From positions 133-64,132 of the forward strand of contig DATFHF010000014.1 of NCBI GenBank assembly GCA_035248685.1: 64,000 nt of DNA, given 5' to 3'. The DNA comes from Jatrophihabitans sp. (GTDB lineage: Bacteria > Actinomycetota > Actinomycetes > Mycobacteriales > Jatrophihabitantaceae). Each line of letters begins with the position of its first letter. The stretch's first letter is position 1. This document shows, one piece after another, positions 63,345-64,000 of this stretch. The notes beneath the pieces were generated by a model. The model searched no databases. It had not been told where the DNA came from and was given only the letters and a program-made list of their open reading frames with translations. The translations under genes and the position numbers were made by a program.

Positions 63345-64000
63345 TTATCGCAGGTAATCCGCCAACATGTCGACCGCCTGCTCGATCTCTTCGGTGTCAC
63401 CGGCGAACGACAATCGCACGAACCGATGCCCGTGCACGGTGTCGAAGTCCACGCCCGGCGCCAGCGCAACCCCGGTGTCGGCCAGCACCCGGCGCACCCA
63501 GGACAGCGAGTCGTCGGTGAACCGCGACACGTCGGCATAGATATAGAAGGCACCGGCCGCCGGCGCCAACCGGCCCAAGCCGATCTCCGGTAACCGCTGT
63601 AACAACAACGCCCGGTTGTCCGCGTACCGGGCGACGTTGGCGTCCAGCTCCGGGTACGCGCTGAACGCGGCGACGGCAGCCTGCTGCGACACCGCCGGTG
63701 GGCAGAGCGCGAAGTTGCCCACCAGCCGATCCACCGCGTCCACCAGCTCGTCCGGCACCAGCAGCCAGCCCAGTCGCCATCCGGTCATCGAGAAGTACTT
63801 GCTGAACGAGTTCACCACGACCGAGTTCCGGCCGTACTGCCAAGCACATCCGGCTCGCTCGGCATAGCTGATGCCGTGGTAGATCTCATCCGACACCAGC
63901 CGCACACCGTGCTCGTCGCACCAGCCGGCCAGTTCGCCGAGCCGCGGCGGCGAGATCATCGCGCCGGTCGGGTTGGCCGGCGAGGCCAGGATCAAGCCGG
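63345..64000 (-). CDS. class I/II PLP-dependent aminotransferase, C-terminal part (5' end beyond window)
   Basis: ILASPANPTG, VSDEIYH, NSFSKYFSMTGWRLGW (PLP lysine), RLSFA. Confidence 0.85.
   Translation of the reverse strand, partial: GLILASPANPTGAMISPPRLGELAGWCDEHGVRLVSDEIYHGISYAERAGCAWQYGRNSVVVNSFSKYFSMTGWRLGWLLVPDELVDAVDRLVGNFALCPPAVSQQAAVAAFSAYPELDANVARYADNRALLLQRLPEIGLGRLAPAAGAFYIYADVSRFTDDSLSWVRRVLADTGVALAPGVDFDTVHGHRFVRLSFAGDTEEIEQAVDMLADYLR

Overview
High-GC actinobacterial chromosomal segment. The backbone is housekeeping and shows mycobacteria-like synteny: argS, kgd, sodX-sodN, rsbW-sigF, whiB1-pdtaS, rshA-sigH, aroA-rsgA. There is a large amino-sugar/disaccharide block: a Dpp-type ABC importer, a GH4 phospho-glycosidase, three ROK proteins, a BadF-type kinase, murQ, a SIS protein and a DasR-like GntR regulator with dre-like operators. 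Three visibly more A/T-rich accessory patches interrupt the backbone. (1) Directly downstream of tRNA-Arg(CCG) sit a TIR-domain protein with an unknown C-terminal domain and two large secreted Ig/FN3-type proteins. (2) Downstream of kgd sit an Abi-like protein and a zinc-ribbon protein, followed by a frameshifted DUF429 gene, a frameshifted GNAT gene and an APH(6)-like kinase. (3) Between sodN and the sigF operon lie four copies of a 7-codon mini-ORF (M-R-N-x-E-W-P), each behind a perfect GGAGGTGA Shine-Dalgarno. Two copies form 38-nt inverted repeats around a degenerate-GGDEF membrane protein gene, and two sit in tandem upstream of the sigF operon. The mini-ORF family is the most unusual signal; the TIR gene and the Abi-like pair are the best defence candidates. 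All family calls rest on motif recognition by eye, with no database search run. Many long ORFs in the track are antisense shadows of real genes, as is typical of high-GC DNA.
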